Positions 1 to 13,629 of a stretch of DNA of 64,000 bases are shown piece by piece. The translations under genes were made by a program, and so were the position numbers. The stretch is from Massalongia carnosa (Eukaryota), in assembly GCA_965645245.1 (NCBI GenBank), contig OZ287068.1, forward strand, positions 124,001 to 188,000. Reading direction: 5' to 3'. The notes beneath the pieces are model-generated. The model saw only the letters and a list, made by a program, of their open reading frames with translations, ran no database searches and was not told the origin of the DNA. Numbering within the stretch: position 1 is the first letter of the stretch; each line of letters begins with the position of its first letter.

Positions 1-125
1 CACACTATGCAAAAACACCTGTTTTTGGTGAGGTTTTACTAATTAGTTTACATGTAAATGAAGTCTTTTTTCTCGATTCTGTAATCATGTAATCAATATT
101 TATAAACATTATAAATGATCAATAG

Positions 126-1470
126 TGGGGGTGTACATAGACACGAGGCTCAATTGGTCGGCGCACTACAAAGAGATACAGAAGAAAATGACGAGACAAA
201 CGAGAGCGCTGACTAGAATCGCCGCAGCCACTTGGGGTGCGACCCTCCTACAAGCCCGTCACGTGTACACGGCGGTGGTACGCCCGGCAATGACCCATGG
301 TTCTCTGGTATGGCACACGCCGGAGGAAACACAAAAGCACGTCAAAGTCACGAGGAAAAGCAAACTCGAGATCGTACAAAACAAATGTTTACGAGTAGTA
401 GCCGGAGCGTACAGGGCCACACCCATCGAGGTGTTACAGGCGGAAACATTCATCTGTCCATTGACGCAACATTTGGATCATCTGCAGGCCAAAGGTAGAT
501 CGAGGCTACAACACAACGGTCAGGCAAAAGTCATAGAACAGGCATGCGAGAAAATCAGAACGAGATTGAAAGGGAAAAGAGGGCGACAACGGATTATTGG
601 AGAAACACCGGGAGCTCGTAGACAGAGATGGGTGGCCAAGCTGACAGCTGAAGTATCAACAAAGAGAAAGCCCAAACGCACACCACCATGGGAAAAAGCG
701 GAGAATGCACAAGAGGAAAAACGAGCAGAATATGCCGCACTTCAAAGAGAAAGAGACGGAATCATAGCGAAACGATTTAAAGAAAAATGGAAGGACAAAT
801 GGATAGCGTATCAATCAATACATACGCTTGATCCAACAATAGCACAGTCGGGTCCATTGCACAAAAACAGGTTGAACACGCACAAGCTGCTGAATAAGGC
901 GCAAAGCTCCCTCGCAATTCAAATTAGAACAGAGAAAATCGGGTTAGCGAGTTTTCTATTCAAACGCAAGGTGCCAGACATTGAGTCCGCGGCCTGCCTG
1001 TGCGGAAGCCGCTTTCAAACGGCGAAACATGTGATAATGTTCTGCGGATTGCATAATAGAATCGATATGTTGCGTGCAGCTGGCTCGCTGGATTATCAAA
1101 AACTGATAACAGACCCCAAAGCGATCAAAATAATCACTGCATGGCTTATGCGTACGGGCATACTAACACAGTACACCATTGCCGCGCAAATGACGGAGCA
1201 ATAATGAGAGGAGAATTGGTTTTTTCTTCTACTTATTTTCTTTTCTTCTCTTTTATTCTTGCACTTACTCAGGCGCATAACGGGTATAGCGGGTTTCCCA
1301 AACCGTAGAGATCAACCCGGGGAAAGAGCGAGTCCTCTACAAACCTGGTACGCAGGAGCAGTTTTTTACCCGTTCGGGTTTTCTGCCTTTATATAGCCTA
1401 TGTAGTATCTCCCGCATGGGCCAGCTTCAGCTGGTGTCATATCGGCGTAAGAAAAATCAATCAATCAATC
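126..1470 (+). mobile_element. 5'-truncated Tad1-like LINE (ORF2 C-terminus, 3'UTR, (AATC)n tail)
   Basis: ORF 125-1204 has the end of RT (GVYIDTRLNW) and a C-terminal Cys/His motif (CLCG...HVIMFC). (aatc)n tail ends at 1470. 13-bp TSD aaatgatcaatag at 113-125 and 1471-1483. Confidence 0.93.
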
Positions 1471-1640
1471 AAATGATCAATAGATCTTCTCAATATGCTC
1501 AGTTCGATTGTATCATAGAGTAGATTCAGGAGTGATTAATTTAATCAAAGATTTCCGAATTCAGGGGTTCTAGCCTAGATGTAGGTCAGATGTAAAATCC
1601 AGCCCAAAATCTGGTCCAGATCTGGTCCAGATTGAATAAT

Positions 1641-2406
1641 TCAATCAAAATCTATTTGCACCTCACCCCCATATAGCTCCCTTTCCAATTCAATGATGTC
1701 GGCCTCGAATATATACCCCCCACCCTCACCACTATGACTAAAGTGCTCTTTAGCGAAACGGTCACAATGGCTCCTGTCGATGGCAAATCGAATTAAATCG
1801 CTGAAGGTGCCCTCAAATTCAGAGGGAATTGAGGTATAATGGGTTCTAAACCAAGCCTTTAATACACTAAAACTCAACTCGATTGGATTGAAATCCGGTG
1901 AATAGGGGGGCAGATATCGTACTTCGCAACCGTGTCCACGAATGGCCTCCTCAATGCGTGGGTTGCAATGGATAGCGGCATTATCCATGACTATAACGCT
2001 TCGGGGGCCTGGATAAGGGGTGCAATATGGAAGTAATTCGTCGGTTATCCATTGAACGAAACCATCTGCATTAAACCACCCCTCCCGAATGCTCGTACAT
2101 GGCAGATATCCATCAACAGTATATGCAGGAAGAACGGTCCAATTATGACCCCTCCTAATGTCCCCCTAGTATCGAGCCGGTTGGCCAATTGGTGCGTATG
2201 CCCTCATCCTCCAACCGGTCATCTCATTGAATGCTGTTTCATCAACGAAAACCAACCGCTCTGCAGTCACATTAAGCATGCTAGCATGCCAATTTTCCCT
2301 CAATTCGTCATTCCTACGCCCATGTCTTTGACTTTTCTTTTGACTCCATCGCCGTTTCTTTATTTCCCTAGAAACGGTTGATTGATGCACGAATATACCC
2401 CACTCC
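1641..2406 (-). pseudogene. Tc1/mariner (IS630-like, DD34E) transposase, disrupted, N-terminus lost at the Gypsy insertion
   Basis: Motifs LVFVDET (ORF 2166-2390) and MDNAAIH...YLPPYSPDFNPIE (ORF 1641-1988), with 34 residues between the second D and E. Stop/frameshift between the pieces. Confidence 0.85.
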
Positions 2407-2757
2407 TGTCATGGTGCGAATAAGGATAATCTAGGAAAGGTAGTCACAAGAAGGTTGCTAAGATTGCTAAGCGATACCCCCGACATTTAGCGTCGCGGGA
2501 GGTAGCGCATTGGGTTTAGCGGGAAGCTAACCTCATCAAGGTTAGTAAATGGATCAAGGAGTTATAAGAAAATCTCTGCAGCAATTGCTGCTTTCTTCTT
2601 TGTGTTCGTCTTGTTTATTTAGCATAGCTATTAGCTAGCCATCAAGACCATCATCACCACCACTTGAGTAGGCCTTCTATTGCCCACCCGTTACATTACG
2701 AACACCTCCCCCATACCTCAAGTGGTCCTTCGTCCCCAGGTCCTTCTCCCGAAAAGG

Positions 2758-3987
2758 ATGGCCTCCAGCTTCTCCGCCGAGGCATCTACCTCTCTCTCCG
2801 AAGGCCAGACCTTCGATCTTCCCCCTCCGGACTTCAAAAACGAAGCCTCTCTTGCCCCTCACGTCATCACGTCTGATGCTTGGAGCCACTCGATCCAGAA
2901 ATTTCCCCACGAGTGGTACAATTTTTCTATTCAAGCTGCCAATCAGATCACGTCCCTCTCGAGCTCCCTGGACATAAAAACGAGTCAGTGCGAGTCTTTA
3001 GAATCGGAGCGTGATCAAATCCGCCGTCAGCTGCGTGACTCCAATGACGAGCTGATCGCGGCTCGAGCCTTGATCATCAGCCTTCGCGGACACCCATCCC
3101 CCATCAGCCACGCAGACTCCCGATCGGAGAGACTCCCGGATATTCCCAAGTTCTCGGGAAAGAAGGAGGATTTACGTTCCTGGACAACCCAACTGCACTT
3201 GAAACTTTTCGTCAATAAAGACCGCTTCACCGGAGAAAAATCAGGACTCATCTATGCTATCAGCCGATTGGAGGGGCGTGCGCTCTCCCAGGTACAACCG
3301 TATGTCAAGTCACAGCACGAAATCTCTCTGCCGGATGTACCGTCCCTCCTGGTGCTGTTGGAACGTGCGTTCGGGGACCCTGACCGAAAGGCCACCGCGC
3401 AGCGTGAGCTGCGTGCCCTTCGTCAGGCAAATCGAGAGTTCCATGTGTACTTAGCAGATTTCCAACGCATCGCCCCGGACACCAATTTTGATGAGGAAGC
3501 TCAACGCGCTGCCCTGCAACAAGGTATCAGCGAAGAACTTCAACAGCTAATGGTAACGCAGCTGGTCCCGGAGGATCTCAACGAGCTGATCTCGTTACTG
3601 CAATGGCTAGATACTCGCCAGCGCAATGTCAATGCCCTGCTCCGGAAGCCCTACTCGCCCCGGTCCGCCCCATCTTCTTCTGATGCGGGGACCACACTTC
3701 GTAACCCTCCGTCTGGGGGGGTTGCCCTACCCCGAACCGTCTCCCCCGCCGCTGCCGCTCCCGCCTCGCCTCCAGACGCCATGGACCTCTCCGCCTTCTC
3801 TCGAGGCAAGTTATCCTCGGCGGAAGTAACTCGTCGTATGAACGAGGGGCTGTGCCGTTACTGCGGGGAGTCCGGGCACTTTGCGGCCAACTGTTCCAAA
3901 CTGGCACGAGGGGGGAAACCCAAGCCGTCACGACTCAACGAGTCTACCCTTGCGGAGTCGACGGAAAACGCTGTGTCTTCGAGCTAA
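2758..3987 (+). CDS. gag: Gag of chromovirus 1
   Basis: Retrotransposon gag-like core, DAMDLS motif, zinc knuckle CRYCGESGHFAANC. ATG at 2758. Confidence 0.9.
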   Translation: MASSFSAEASTSLSEGQTFDLPPPDFKNEASLAPHVITSDAWSHSIQKFPHEWYNFSIQAANQITSLSSSLDIKTSQCESLESERDQIRRQLRDSNDELIAARALIISLRGHPSPISHADSRSERLPDIPKFSGKKEDLRSWTTQLHLKLFVNKDRFTGEKSGLIYAISRLEGRALSQVQPYVKSQHEISLPDVPSLLVLLERAFGDPDRKATAQRELRALRQANREFHVYLADFQRIAPDTNFDEEAQRAALQQGISEELQQLMVTQLVPEDLNELISLLQWLDTRQRNVNALLRKPYSPRSAPSSSDAGTTLRNPPSGGVALPRTVSPAAAAPASPPDAMDLSAFSRGKLSSAEVTRRMNEGLCRYCGESGHFAANCSKLARGGKPKPSRLNESTLAESTENAVSSS

Positions 3988-6900
3988 GTCGCTCTCGAAG
4001 ACCGACGGAAGGATTTCCTGTGTCAATTTCGGCTTTTTCCATATCAGAAGACTCGTTAGATGGTAGACATTTCGTCGTATCCATAGAACTCTCTGTAGAA
4101 AATCGCGTTTTACACACACATGCATTAATAGATTGCGGCGCTTCTGGCTATGCATTCATTGATTCGTCCTTCGCGCAAAGAAATTCCCTGCCTCTCACCC
4201 CCTTGTCCGCCCTCGCGTTCTCGAAGTTGTGGACGGCCGACCAGCCGCGGCTGGTATGCTCACACACCTGGCCAAGTTGAAGATGAACGTCAACGGGCAT
4301 CACGAGCACGGCTCATTCCTTGTGACCCAGTTGGGTCACTATCCGGTAGTCCTGGGAGTCAAATGGCTTCAAATTCACGACCCTTTCGTCAGCTGGTCTC
4401 GAAATACTCTGACCTTCTCGTCCTCGTATTGTCGTCTGGAGTGTTTAGAGAATAAACACGTCCCTCTTGTTATTCCTGGCCTTTCTGATCTTTCCGAAGA
4501 GTCTCCTCCCCCGGAGTCTGCTTCCTCAGTGCGTCTTGACCCTCTTGAAATCCGTGAGAACAAGGTCACTCACGCGAATCCTGAATTCTTGAAACCCACC
4601 GAGTTTATTGAACATATCGAGTTTATTGAACATCCCGAGCCCATGATCCGAGTCCCGAGTTCACGTCTTGAACCCCCGAAAATCACCAAGTACACTGAAC
4701 ACTCTCAGCCTCCGAGTCTCGTCCCAGAACTTAAGAAGTCCAGCGCCTTGCCCATGAAAATCTGTATGATAGGAGCCGCGCCATTTTCCACCCTGATGAA
4801 GGATCGAAAGAACGAAATCTTCACTGCGTCCTTGTACGAGATCGAAAAAGCCATACAAGCCTTGAAAAACCCGAGCAACCTCAGCCTTGCAGCCGCATCT
4901 CTGGATGATGTGGCCAAATCCTTGAAACCTAAGAGATTCATCGATCCTGCTACCGTAGTACCCGAGGACTTTCATGATCTCCTGGACGTGTTCTCCAAAC
5001 AAGAGGCCGATAAACTGCCTCCGCATCGTTCATACGATCACAAGATCGTGTTGATGGAGGGCGCAGTTCCTTCTTCGGGTCCTCTATACAAGATGTCAGC
5101 TCCCGAGCTTTTAGTTTTGCAGAAATATCTCAAGGAAAACTTAGCCAAGGGATTCATTCGAGCCAGTTCCTCTCCTTGTTCCTCGCCGGTATTGTTCGCA
5201 CGAAAGCCTTCAGGCGGACTGCGATTCTGTGTCGATTACAGAGCCCTGAACGCGATCACCGTAAAGAATCGCTACCCAATACCCCTGATTCAGGAGACCC
5301 TCGATAGGCTCGCAAAAGCCGTTATATTCTCGAAATTTGATATTGTAGCGGCTTTCAATAAGCTGCGCATGCAGAAGGGACAGGAATGGATGACGGCCTT
5401 CAAAACAAGATATGGGCTTTTCGAGTATGATGTTCTTCCTTTCGGATTGTCTGGAGGTCCTGGATCCTTTCAGCATTACATTAACGATGTACTCCGCGAA
5501 TATCTAGACGCCTTTTGCACCGCGTACATCGATGACATCTTGATTTACAGTAAATCGAGAAAAGAACACAGTATCCACGTAAGAAAAGTTTTAACAGCTC
5601 TACGAGAAGCGGGGTTGCAACTGGACATTGAGAAATGCGAGTTCTTCGTCACCGAGACAGCATATTTGGGATTGATTATCTCCAATAAAGGAATAAGAAT
5701 GGATCCTCGCAAAGTTCAAACCATCAAGGACTGGATCACGCCCAAGAATGTTAAAGATATTCAAGCCTTTGTAGGATTCGCGAACTTCTATCGCCGTTTC
5801 GTCAAAAACTTCTCCGCCATTGCCGCACCCCTGATAAAGCTGACTCGAAAGAGTGTGATCTTTTCTTGGAATCAGGAATGCGAGACCGCATTTCAAAGAT
5901 TAAAGGACGCGTTCATGAGCGACCTTGTTCTGATGCATTTTGATCCTGAGAAAAAGATCGTTGTAGAAGTTGACGCCTCGGATTGGGTAGTGGGGGGAGT
6001 GCTCTCGCAACATGACGACGAAGGAATTCTAAGACCTGTGGCATTCTTCTCAAAGAAACACTCACCAGCGGAAGTAAATTATGAGATTTATGATAAAGAG
6101 CTTATGGCTATCGTTCGTGCCTTTGAGGAATGGAGAGCTGAAATCGAAGGAGCCGCATTTCCAATACAAGTAATTTCGGATCATAAGAATCTGGAATATT
6201 TCATGACAACGAAGCAATTGAGTAGAAGGCAAGCACGCTGGTCCGAATATCTTTCTCGTTTTGATTTTCAGATTGTGTACCGCCCAGGGAAGAGTGGCGG
6301 AAAGCCCGATGCCCTTACCAGAAGGTCTCAAGACCTACCTGAGGGGGGGGATGATCCACGAGTGAAGATCCAACATCAAACGGTCTTGAAACCTCGAAAT
6401 CTTGAACTTCTAGCGAACGGGTTAGCAAAGGAATCTTCGGAAGAGAACGATATTGAATCAGGTTCAGATCAAGAGGAAGTCAAGACCCTGGAAGAACTAT
6501 GGCAGGAGGCTCTGAAAAATGATCCTTTCCCTGTCAAGATACTGAACCTGTTGCGGTCAGGAGCAAGGCACTCCAAGGATATCTCGTTAGCGGAATGCAC
6601 CGAAATCGACGGTCGATTACACTATCGAGAGAAAATGTTCGTTCCCGACTCTCATGCTTTGAAAATGAGGCTCTGCGAGTCTGTTCATGATAGTCCAGTG
6701 GCAGGTCACCCCGGCCGAGCCAAGACCTTTGATCTTTTACAGCGCCACTATTACTGGCCTCGATTTTATCATTTCGTAGCGAAGTATGTACAGCACTGTC
6801 AAGTATGCGCACGAAGCAAATCATCTCGTCAAGGGAAAATGGGAGTTCTCAGACCACTGCCCATTCCCGAGCGTCGCTGGCAAGATATCTCAATGGACTT

Positions 6901-7942
6901 TGTCACTGGACTGCCGGAAAGCAATGGATTCGACGCTATACTGGTCGTGATCGATCGTCTGTCGAAAAGACGTCACTTCTCTTCATGTCTCACTACAATC
7001 AACGCTCAAGAATTGGCTGAGCTCTTTCTTCGGGATATCTGGAAACTCCATGGACTACCAAGCACCATTGTATCAGATCGAGGAGTGCTTTTCGTGGCGG
7101 AGTTTTGGAAAAAGCTGTGTCAAGGGTTGGAAATCAAGAGTCTTCTGTCGACAGCCTTCCATCCAGAAACAGATGGGCAGACGGAGCGAGTAAATGCCTC
7201 CATGGAACAATACCTTCGCAGTTACACGGATTATCTTCAGGATGACTGGGCAAATTGGTTGCCCATGGCGGAATTTACAGGAAACAATGTCGTGTCCGAA
7301 ACGACTGGGTGCAGCCCTTTTCTTGCGGAGATAGGATACCACCCGCGTATGGGATTTGAATCAATGGAACCCTCTAGGTCCCCGGCCAGTTTGAACGCAG
7401 GGGAATTCGCCAAGAAAATGCAAGATATCACGATCGTGCTGCAAGAGGAAATGAGATTCGCGCAAGCACGATACGAAGCAGGGGCCAACGAAAATCGCGT
7501 GCCAGCACCGGTTTATCAAGTAGGAGACGCAGTATGGCTAAGCACAAAAAACATACGTACACAACGACCCGCTCGAAAGCTCGATTGGAAGAATCTAGGC
7601 CCATTCAAGATATCTAATGTGGTAAGCAAGTATGCGTATCGACTCGATCTCCCCATCGGCATGAAGATTCATCCCGTGTTTCATGTATCTCTTCTCTCGC
7701 CCGTGCCTCAAGATCCTCACCCTGATCACGTTCCACCTCCTCCTCCACCAGTCGAAGTTGACGGCGAAGAGGAGTATGAAGTGGAGGATATCCTCGATTC
7801 TAAGAAGTTCCGGAATCGCTTGAAGTATCTGGTGCAGTGGATCGGTTGGAACGACCCCACCTGGGAGTACGCAGAGTACGTCATCAATGCCAACGAAAGA
7901 GTAGCAGACTTTCACCGACGATATCCAGAAAAGCCCCGATAA
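3963..7942 (+). pseudogene. pol: Pol of chromovirus 1 (PR-RT-RNaseH-IN-chromodomain), one apparent 1-bp deletion near 4209
   Basis: Protease LIDCGASG in the -1 frame (ORF 3852-4280). The rest is in ORF 4229-7942: YIDD, RNase H, HHCC/DDE integrase, GPF, chromodomain EYEVEDILDS...YLVQWIGW. Comparison with chromovirus 2 places the frameshift at PLS(R)PRVLE. Confidence 0.88.
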
Positions 7943-8191
7943 CTCACACCAACCATGAAGCAATTATGCCTGCGTGGAATCAGGCCTGAAGGAGGGAGCT
8001 ACTGTCATGGTGCGAATAAGGATAATATAGGAAAGGTAGTCACAAGAAGGTTGCTAAGATTGCTAAGCGATACCCCCGACATTTAGCGTCGCGGGAGGTA
8101 GCGCATTGGGTTTAGCGGGAAGCTAACCTCATCAAGGTTAGTAAAGGGATCAAGGAGTTATAAGAAAATCTCTGCAGCAATTGCTGCTTTC

Positions 8192-11100
8192 TGTCGATAT
8201 TAATAGATCGTGGTTCAAGCCAATTCCCGAAGTAAGATCCTGTTGAAGGAAAAGCACGTGATTTCGGACTAATAACCGAGGCTTCGATCTTTCAGATGCT
8301 ATTTCTTTCTATGCCATATATCTGATTTCTAATACTCAATGATTTCAAAGCATTGTACCTCGCATGGGTTCCGGATCACTAATAATTTATTAGTAAATAG
8401 AAGTGGCTGGAAGATATCTAGATTATGAAAGAATGTGGCGAAATGGTCTATATAGCTAGCTAGAGTTTCCAGTTTAGATAGACAAGGAGAACATCATTTT
8501 CCAGATCAATAAGAACGGTCCGACAGTTATGAGCCCGGCTTCCTAATCGCTGCATTCATCGATCAGTATCCCCAAGTTCTTATTGACCTTTATTGTTACT
8601 TCTTCCATCTTCTTTGGACAATCGAACAGAAGATGTCTTTCTCTACCTTGCCCGCTTCTAGTCAGAAAACCGTGGTAGTCCTCAAGGAGCCCGGTGACTG
8701 GGATGAATGGATCCTTATCGTGGAGTCCATGGCCAAGCGAGGTGGAATCGAGCAGTATGTGGACCTGGCGAAACCTGAGCCAGACGAGCCAATCAGACCC
8801 ATTACCCCTACCTTCTCTTCCATGAAAGCAGGTGCCGTGTCATCCGAGGACTTAACCGAGGGACAGCGACGGGATCTGATATTGCGAAGAGAGGATCATA
8901 GAGAAGACTTGCGTACGTATCGGGAGAAGACCGAAGCCCTAAAAAACCTGGAAGCATATATATTGACCACCGTGGATCGGACCAATTTGTTATATCTCAG
9001 GGGACAGGACTCGATATATAAGAAGTTATCAGCTCTAAAGAAGAGGCTTGCACCGACGGACCGGATCCGAGAACTCGAAGTTATTCGGAAATATAAGGAC
9101 CTACAACGTGCCCCCAAGAGTCAGCAACTGGATCACTGGTTGTTGGAATGGGAGAAAGTCTATGCAGAAGCGGATAGACTGAAAATTCCGGACGTTCAGG
9201 GACATAGATGCATTTATGATTTCTTGAATGCGCTAAGGACAGTGGACGGTTCGTTTGTGGCCGGTAGAGAGGCCATATTACAGTATAAAATTCATCGGAA
9301 TGAGGAAGATTTCTCGATAAGGGATCTTCTGGAAGAATTCCGGAATCATTTGCGAACCGCCAGGGCCCTAGATAGCAAGGGGGCTACCCATTCAGCATTT
9401 GCAACATTTCAAGGATCTGACCAATCAGATCAAGAAAAATCGAACTCGACAATGAGTCAAAAATCAGCTCAGGGATCTAACTCGGACCAAGGAAATTCCG
9501 AGAAGAAGTGCATATGTGGCAAGAAGCACCGCTTCAAGGATTGCTACTATTTGCTCAAGGACCTGAGGCCAGAGGGGTGGACCCCGGACAAGAGCATTGA
9601 GAAAATAATAGAAGAAAAGCTAGCTAAGAATCATCGGCTAGATAAGATCATCAAGTCGGTCCGAGATAAGCACGCAAAACAAGTCGAAAAAGTCGGAAAG
9701 GAAGAGAAATCGTCTTCAGAAAAATCCGATCCTGCAGCATTTGCAGTTTCGATAGTGCCTGCCGGATCATCAGTCTCGATCTTGCCTGCCGCACCACCTA
9801 GATCGTTTTCAACATTTGCAGTTGCTTCCGAACCGGAGCCACATAGGTTGGTCAACTGTTGGACCCTGGATTGCGGAACAGACATTCATGTATGCAATGA
9901 TCCGGAGCGGTTTCAGTTGACGCGTATAGCAAACACTGATGACAAGCTCATGGCCGGAAAACCCGTTTATAGCATAGATGGATATGGAACGGTAGATATC
10001 ACGGCACAAGGACCTCATGGGCCGGTGCCAATCAGGCTTCTAGATGTGGCGCTATCCTCAGGATTTTTCACCAATTTGGTGTGCCTAAGCAAGCTAATAA
10101 AGAAGGGGGTTCACTGGGACACCGAACATTCTCATCTGCATCAGAAGGGAAAGACGTTCTGCCGCACCAAGCAAATAGGGGGCCATTGGGTGATAGAAGA
10201 CAACCCACCAACGGTAAGGTCGCATAGAGCATTTGCGGCCAGTACCAGTCCGAAACCGGAATTGATAGCGACGGGAAAAGAGTGGCACGAGATGCTCGGT
10301 CATCCTGGACCGGAAACAATTTCTCACCTCGAAAAGGGGGTAGATGGAGTTAAGGTAACAGTACCCGAGTCAGCACCGAATACGATGCAATGCGAGACAT
10401 GCTCGCTGACCAAAGCCCATCACCTGATCTCGAGACGTTCGGGACAGGAAGAGCCAGCGAATTTTCCGCTCGGTCGAGTAGGGTATGACCTTATTCAGCT
10501 GACTGAAGCATACAACGGGGACAACTGGGTGAGCCACTTCAGGTGTTTTTATACCAGTATGGACTTCGTCTACACCCATACTCGAAAAAATGATGCTCTA
10601 GGGGTGATCGAGGAATTCCTGAAAATGACCAAGACTAGATACGATCAGACCGTTCGGTTTTTTCGAACAGACGACGAGCGAACCCTCGGCTTAGAATTCG
10701 CCGAGTTCATGAAAATGAGAGGTATCACCACCGAAAGATCGGCCCCATATACTCCAGCACAAAACGGTCAAACCGAGCGATCTGGGGGGGTACTGGTGAT
10801 CCGAGCGCGGGCCCTGCGCATAGCAGCAAATTTGCCAGCTAGTATGTGGCCAGAAATATTCAAAACGGTTGGTTATCTAAATAACCGGACCCCGAAGAAG
10901 ATGCTAGGGTGGAAAACACCAATAGATAAATTAACCGGGGAAAAACCGAAACTATCTCACCTGCAGCCGTATGGTTGTCGAGCGTTCCCGCTTAATCAGG
11001 TGATTCCCAGGAAAGAGAAGCTCGAACCAAGGGCTTTTATTGGATACCTGGTGGGGTACGACTCCACTAACATCTTTCGAATATGGATTCCCAGCCGTAT

Positions 11101-13629
11101 GAAAGTCATCCGGACCAGGGATGTAATGTTTGATAAGACAAGATTCTATGAGCCCAATGAGCTCGATATAGGACATTTATTAAACATAACCGTGGAAAAC
11201 GTGATTCAGGTGTTGGAATTGCCCGAAACATCCTTTGCAGGAGTGATGATTGAGCAAGACGATGAGGAGGTAGGTCCGAGATTGGACCAAACAACCAATC
11301 AACCTAGTGAAACAGAAACGTCAGAAAAGACGATGTTTCCTCATACCGATATGGAAAACAATCCTCACTTACCTACCCCTGAAAAGACACCGGAGCGTGA
11401 TGGTTTGGAAAAGACTCTGCAATCGGACGTTCAAATAAGCTCCAAGCCGGACGTTCAAGGAATGCCAGGTGTTCAATCAACCGAGGACGGACCGAGCCAG
11501 CCGAGAGCCGAGACGGACGCCTCGGGTGGTAGAGACAACGGATGAATCAATTGCCAGGAACACTAGATCAAGGAAACAGGCATATGCAATTGCGCTGGCA
11601 TCAGTCAGCAAGTTAACCCCGTTCCATGCAGCGTTTTCGGTCGGCCTAGAACGGCCACAGGTCGGAACCTTGAAGAAATTCCATCGGGATGAGATCCCGG
11701 TGGAGCCCCGATATTGGAGGCAGATGCTCCATCACCGTTTTTCGCAGGAATTCCAGCTAGCGGCCATCAAAGAGCTCACCGAGCTTGAAAAGCGTGGTAC
11801 GTACGAGCTAGTGGAAAAAGTTCAGGGACAGGACCGGATACCACTCACCTGGGTATTTAAGTATAAGCATGACACCGACGGCTATGTTGAGAAATTCAAG
11901 GCCCGTCTATGTGTACGAGGAGATCTTCAGATGACTCAGCAAGATACGTATGCTGCAACATTGGCAGCGAGAACGTTTCGAGCTCTAATGGCTATTTCAG
12001 CTGCATTTGACCTTGATATCTACCAGTATGATGCGGTCAGTGCTTTCATAAATAGCCCGATTGATGAGGAAATCTTTTGTGAGTGTCCAGAAGGTTTTGA
12101 CAAGCCCGGAAACTGTTGGAAGCTTAGAAAAGCTCTGTACGGATTAAAACAAGCACCGATTCTATGGTATAAGCTCCTAACCATGGCCCTAGAGGAACTC
12201 GGACTAGCGCCAGTCCCAGGGGTCAACTGTCTATTTGCCAATGAGTGGATTATCCTATTCTTCTATGTCGATGACATTGTGGTCATATGCAGGAAGCATA
12301 ATTCGGACAAATTACAAGAATTTGAGAAAGCTCTCCTGAAACGATTCGAAATGCATGCTCTAGGGGAATTGAAATGGTTTCTCGGTATAAGGATTACCCG
12401 AGACCGAGCAAATAAGAAGATATGGTTATGTCAGGACTCATACATTACCAAAATGGCTGCGAAATTTAATCAGCACGGGGAAACCGCGAAAACACCACTG
12501 ACAGTGGTGCCTCCAGCCAATGAAAACGAGCAAAAAGCAGACAGTCAACGTATATATGCGTACCAGCAACCGGTCGGTTCATTGAACTTCGCAGCGGTAA
12601 TATCCCGGCCCGATATAGCATTTGCAACTGCAAAATTAGCTCAATTCTTACAAAACCCGTGCCTGGATCATCTGTCTGCGGCCGATCGGGTTATTGCTTA
12701 TCTAAATGGGAATAAAAACCTGGCTATAGAATATAACGGTCATCAGAAAACTGACATTCTGATGTGTGCTAGCGATGCAGCGTTTGCTGATGATGAGTTG
12801 ACTCGAAGAAGCTCCGATGGTTACCTTTTTCAGCTGTATGGTGGACCAATAGACTGGCGAGCAGCTAAACAAGCCACGGTCACCACATCGAGCACTGAAG
12901 CCGAGTTGCTAGCCCTGTCTCGGACCGCCAAGGAAGCTATGTGGTGGAAACGGTTTTTTCAAGCCATTCGGTTCAATCCCATGGAAAAGTTGCACATTCG
13001 GTGCGATAATCGCCAGACCCTCAGAATCCTAGATAAAGAGATGATGAAGCTAGATACTAAGCTTCGGCATGTGGATATACATCGTCACTGGTTAAGGCAA
13101 GAAGTTCAAGCTGGTCGTATAAACGTCAGTTGGATGCCCACAGCGGAAATGCCTGCCGACGGATTTACCAAGGTCTTACCTCGTCAGAAACATGACGATT
13201 TCATCAAACAGCTGCATTTGCCTGACATATCAGTCATACTGGCTAATCAAGGTCAGGAAGCAGCTTCAGCATAGTATGCTAAATCTGGGGGGGTATGTCG
13301 ATATTAATAGATCGTGGTTCAAGCCAATTCCCGAAGTAAGATCCTGTTGAAGGAAAAGCACGTGATTTCGGACTAATAACCGAGGCTTCGATCTTTCAGA
13401 TGCTATTTCTTTCTATGCCATATATCTGATTTCTAATACTCAATGATTTCAAAGCATTGTACCTCGCATGGGTTCCGGATCACTAAGGATTTATTAGTAA
13501 ATAGAAGTGGCTGGAAGATATCTAGATTATGAAAGAATGTGGCGAAATGGTCTATATAGCTAGCTAGAATTTCCAGTTTAGATAGACAAGGAGAACATCA
13601 TTTTCCAGATCAATAAGAACGGTCCGAAA
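8192..13629 (+). mobile_element. Ty1/Copia element 1, inserted in the 3' LTR of chromovirus 1
   Basis: 334-bp LTRs 8192-8525 and 13296-13629. TSD ctttc at 8187-8191 and 13630-13634. PBS gttatgagccc at 8526. G-rich PPT before 13296. Confidence 0.96.
8633..13274 (+). pseudogene. Copia 1 gag-pol polyprotein with one frameshift between IN and RT
   Basis: ORF 8633-11545: gag, protease WTLDCGT, WHEMLGHP/CETC, DDE integrase. ORF 11469-13274: RT (FKARLC, YVDD) and RNase H (SSTEAE). Different frames, overlapping at 11469-11545. Confidence 0.88.
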
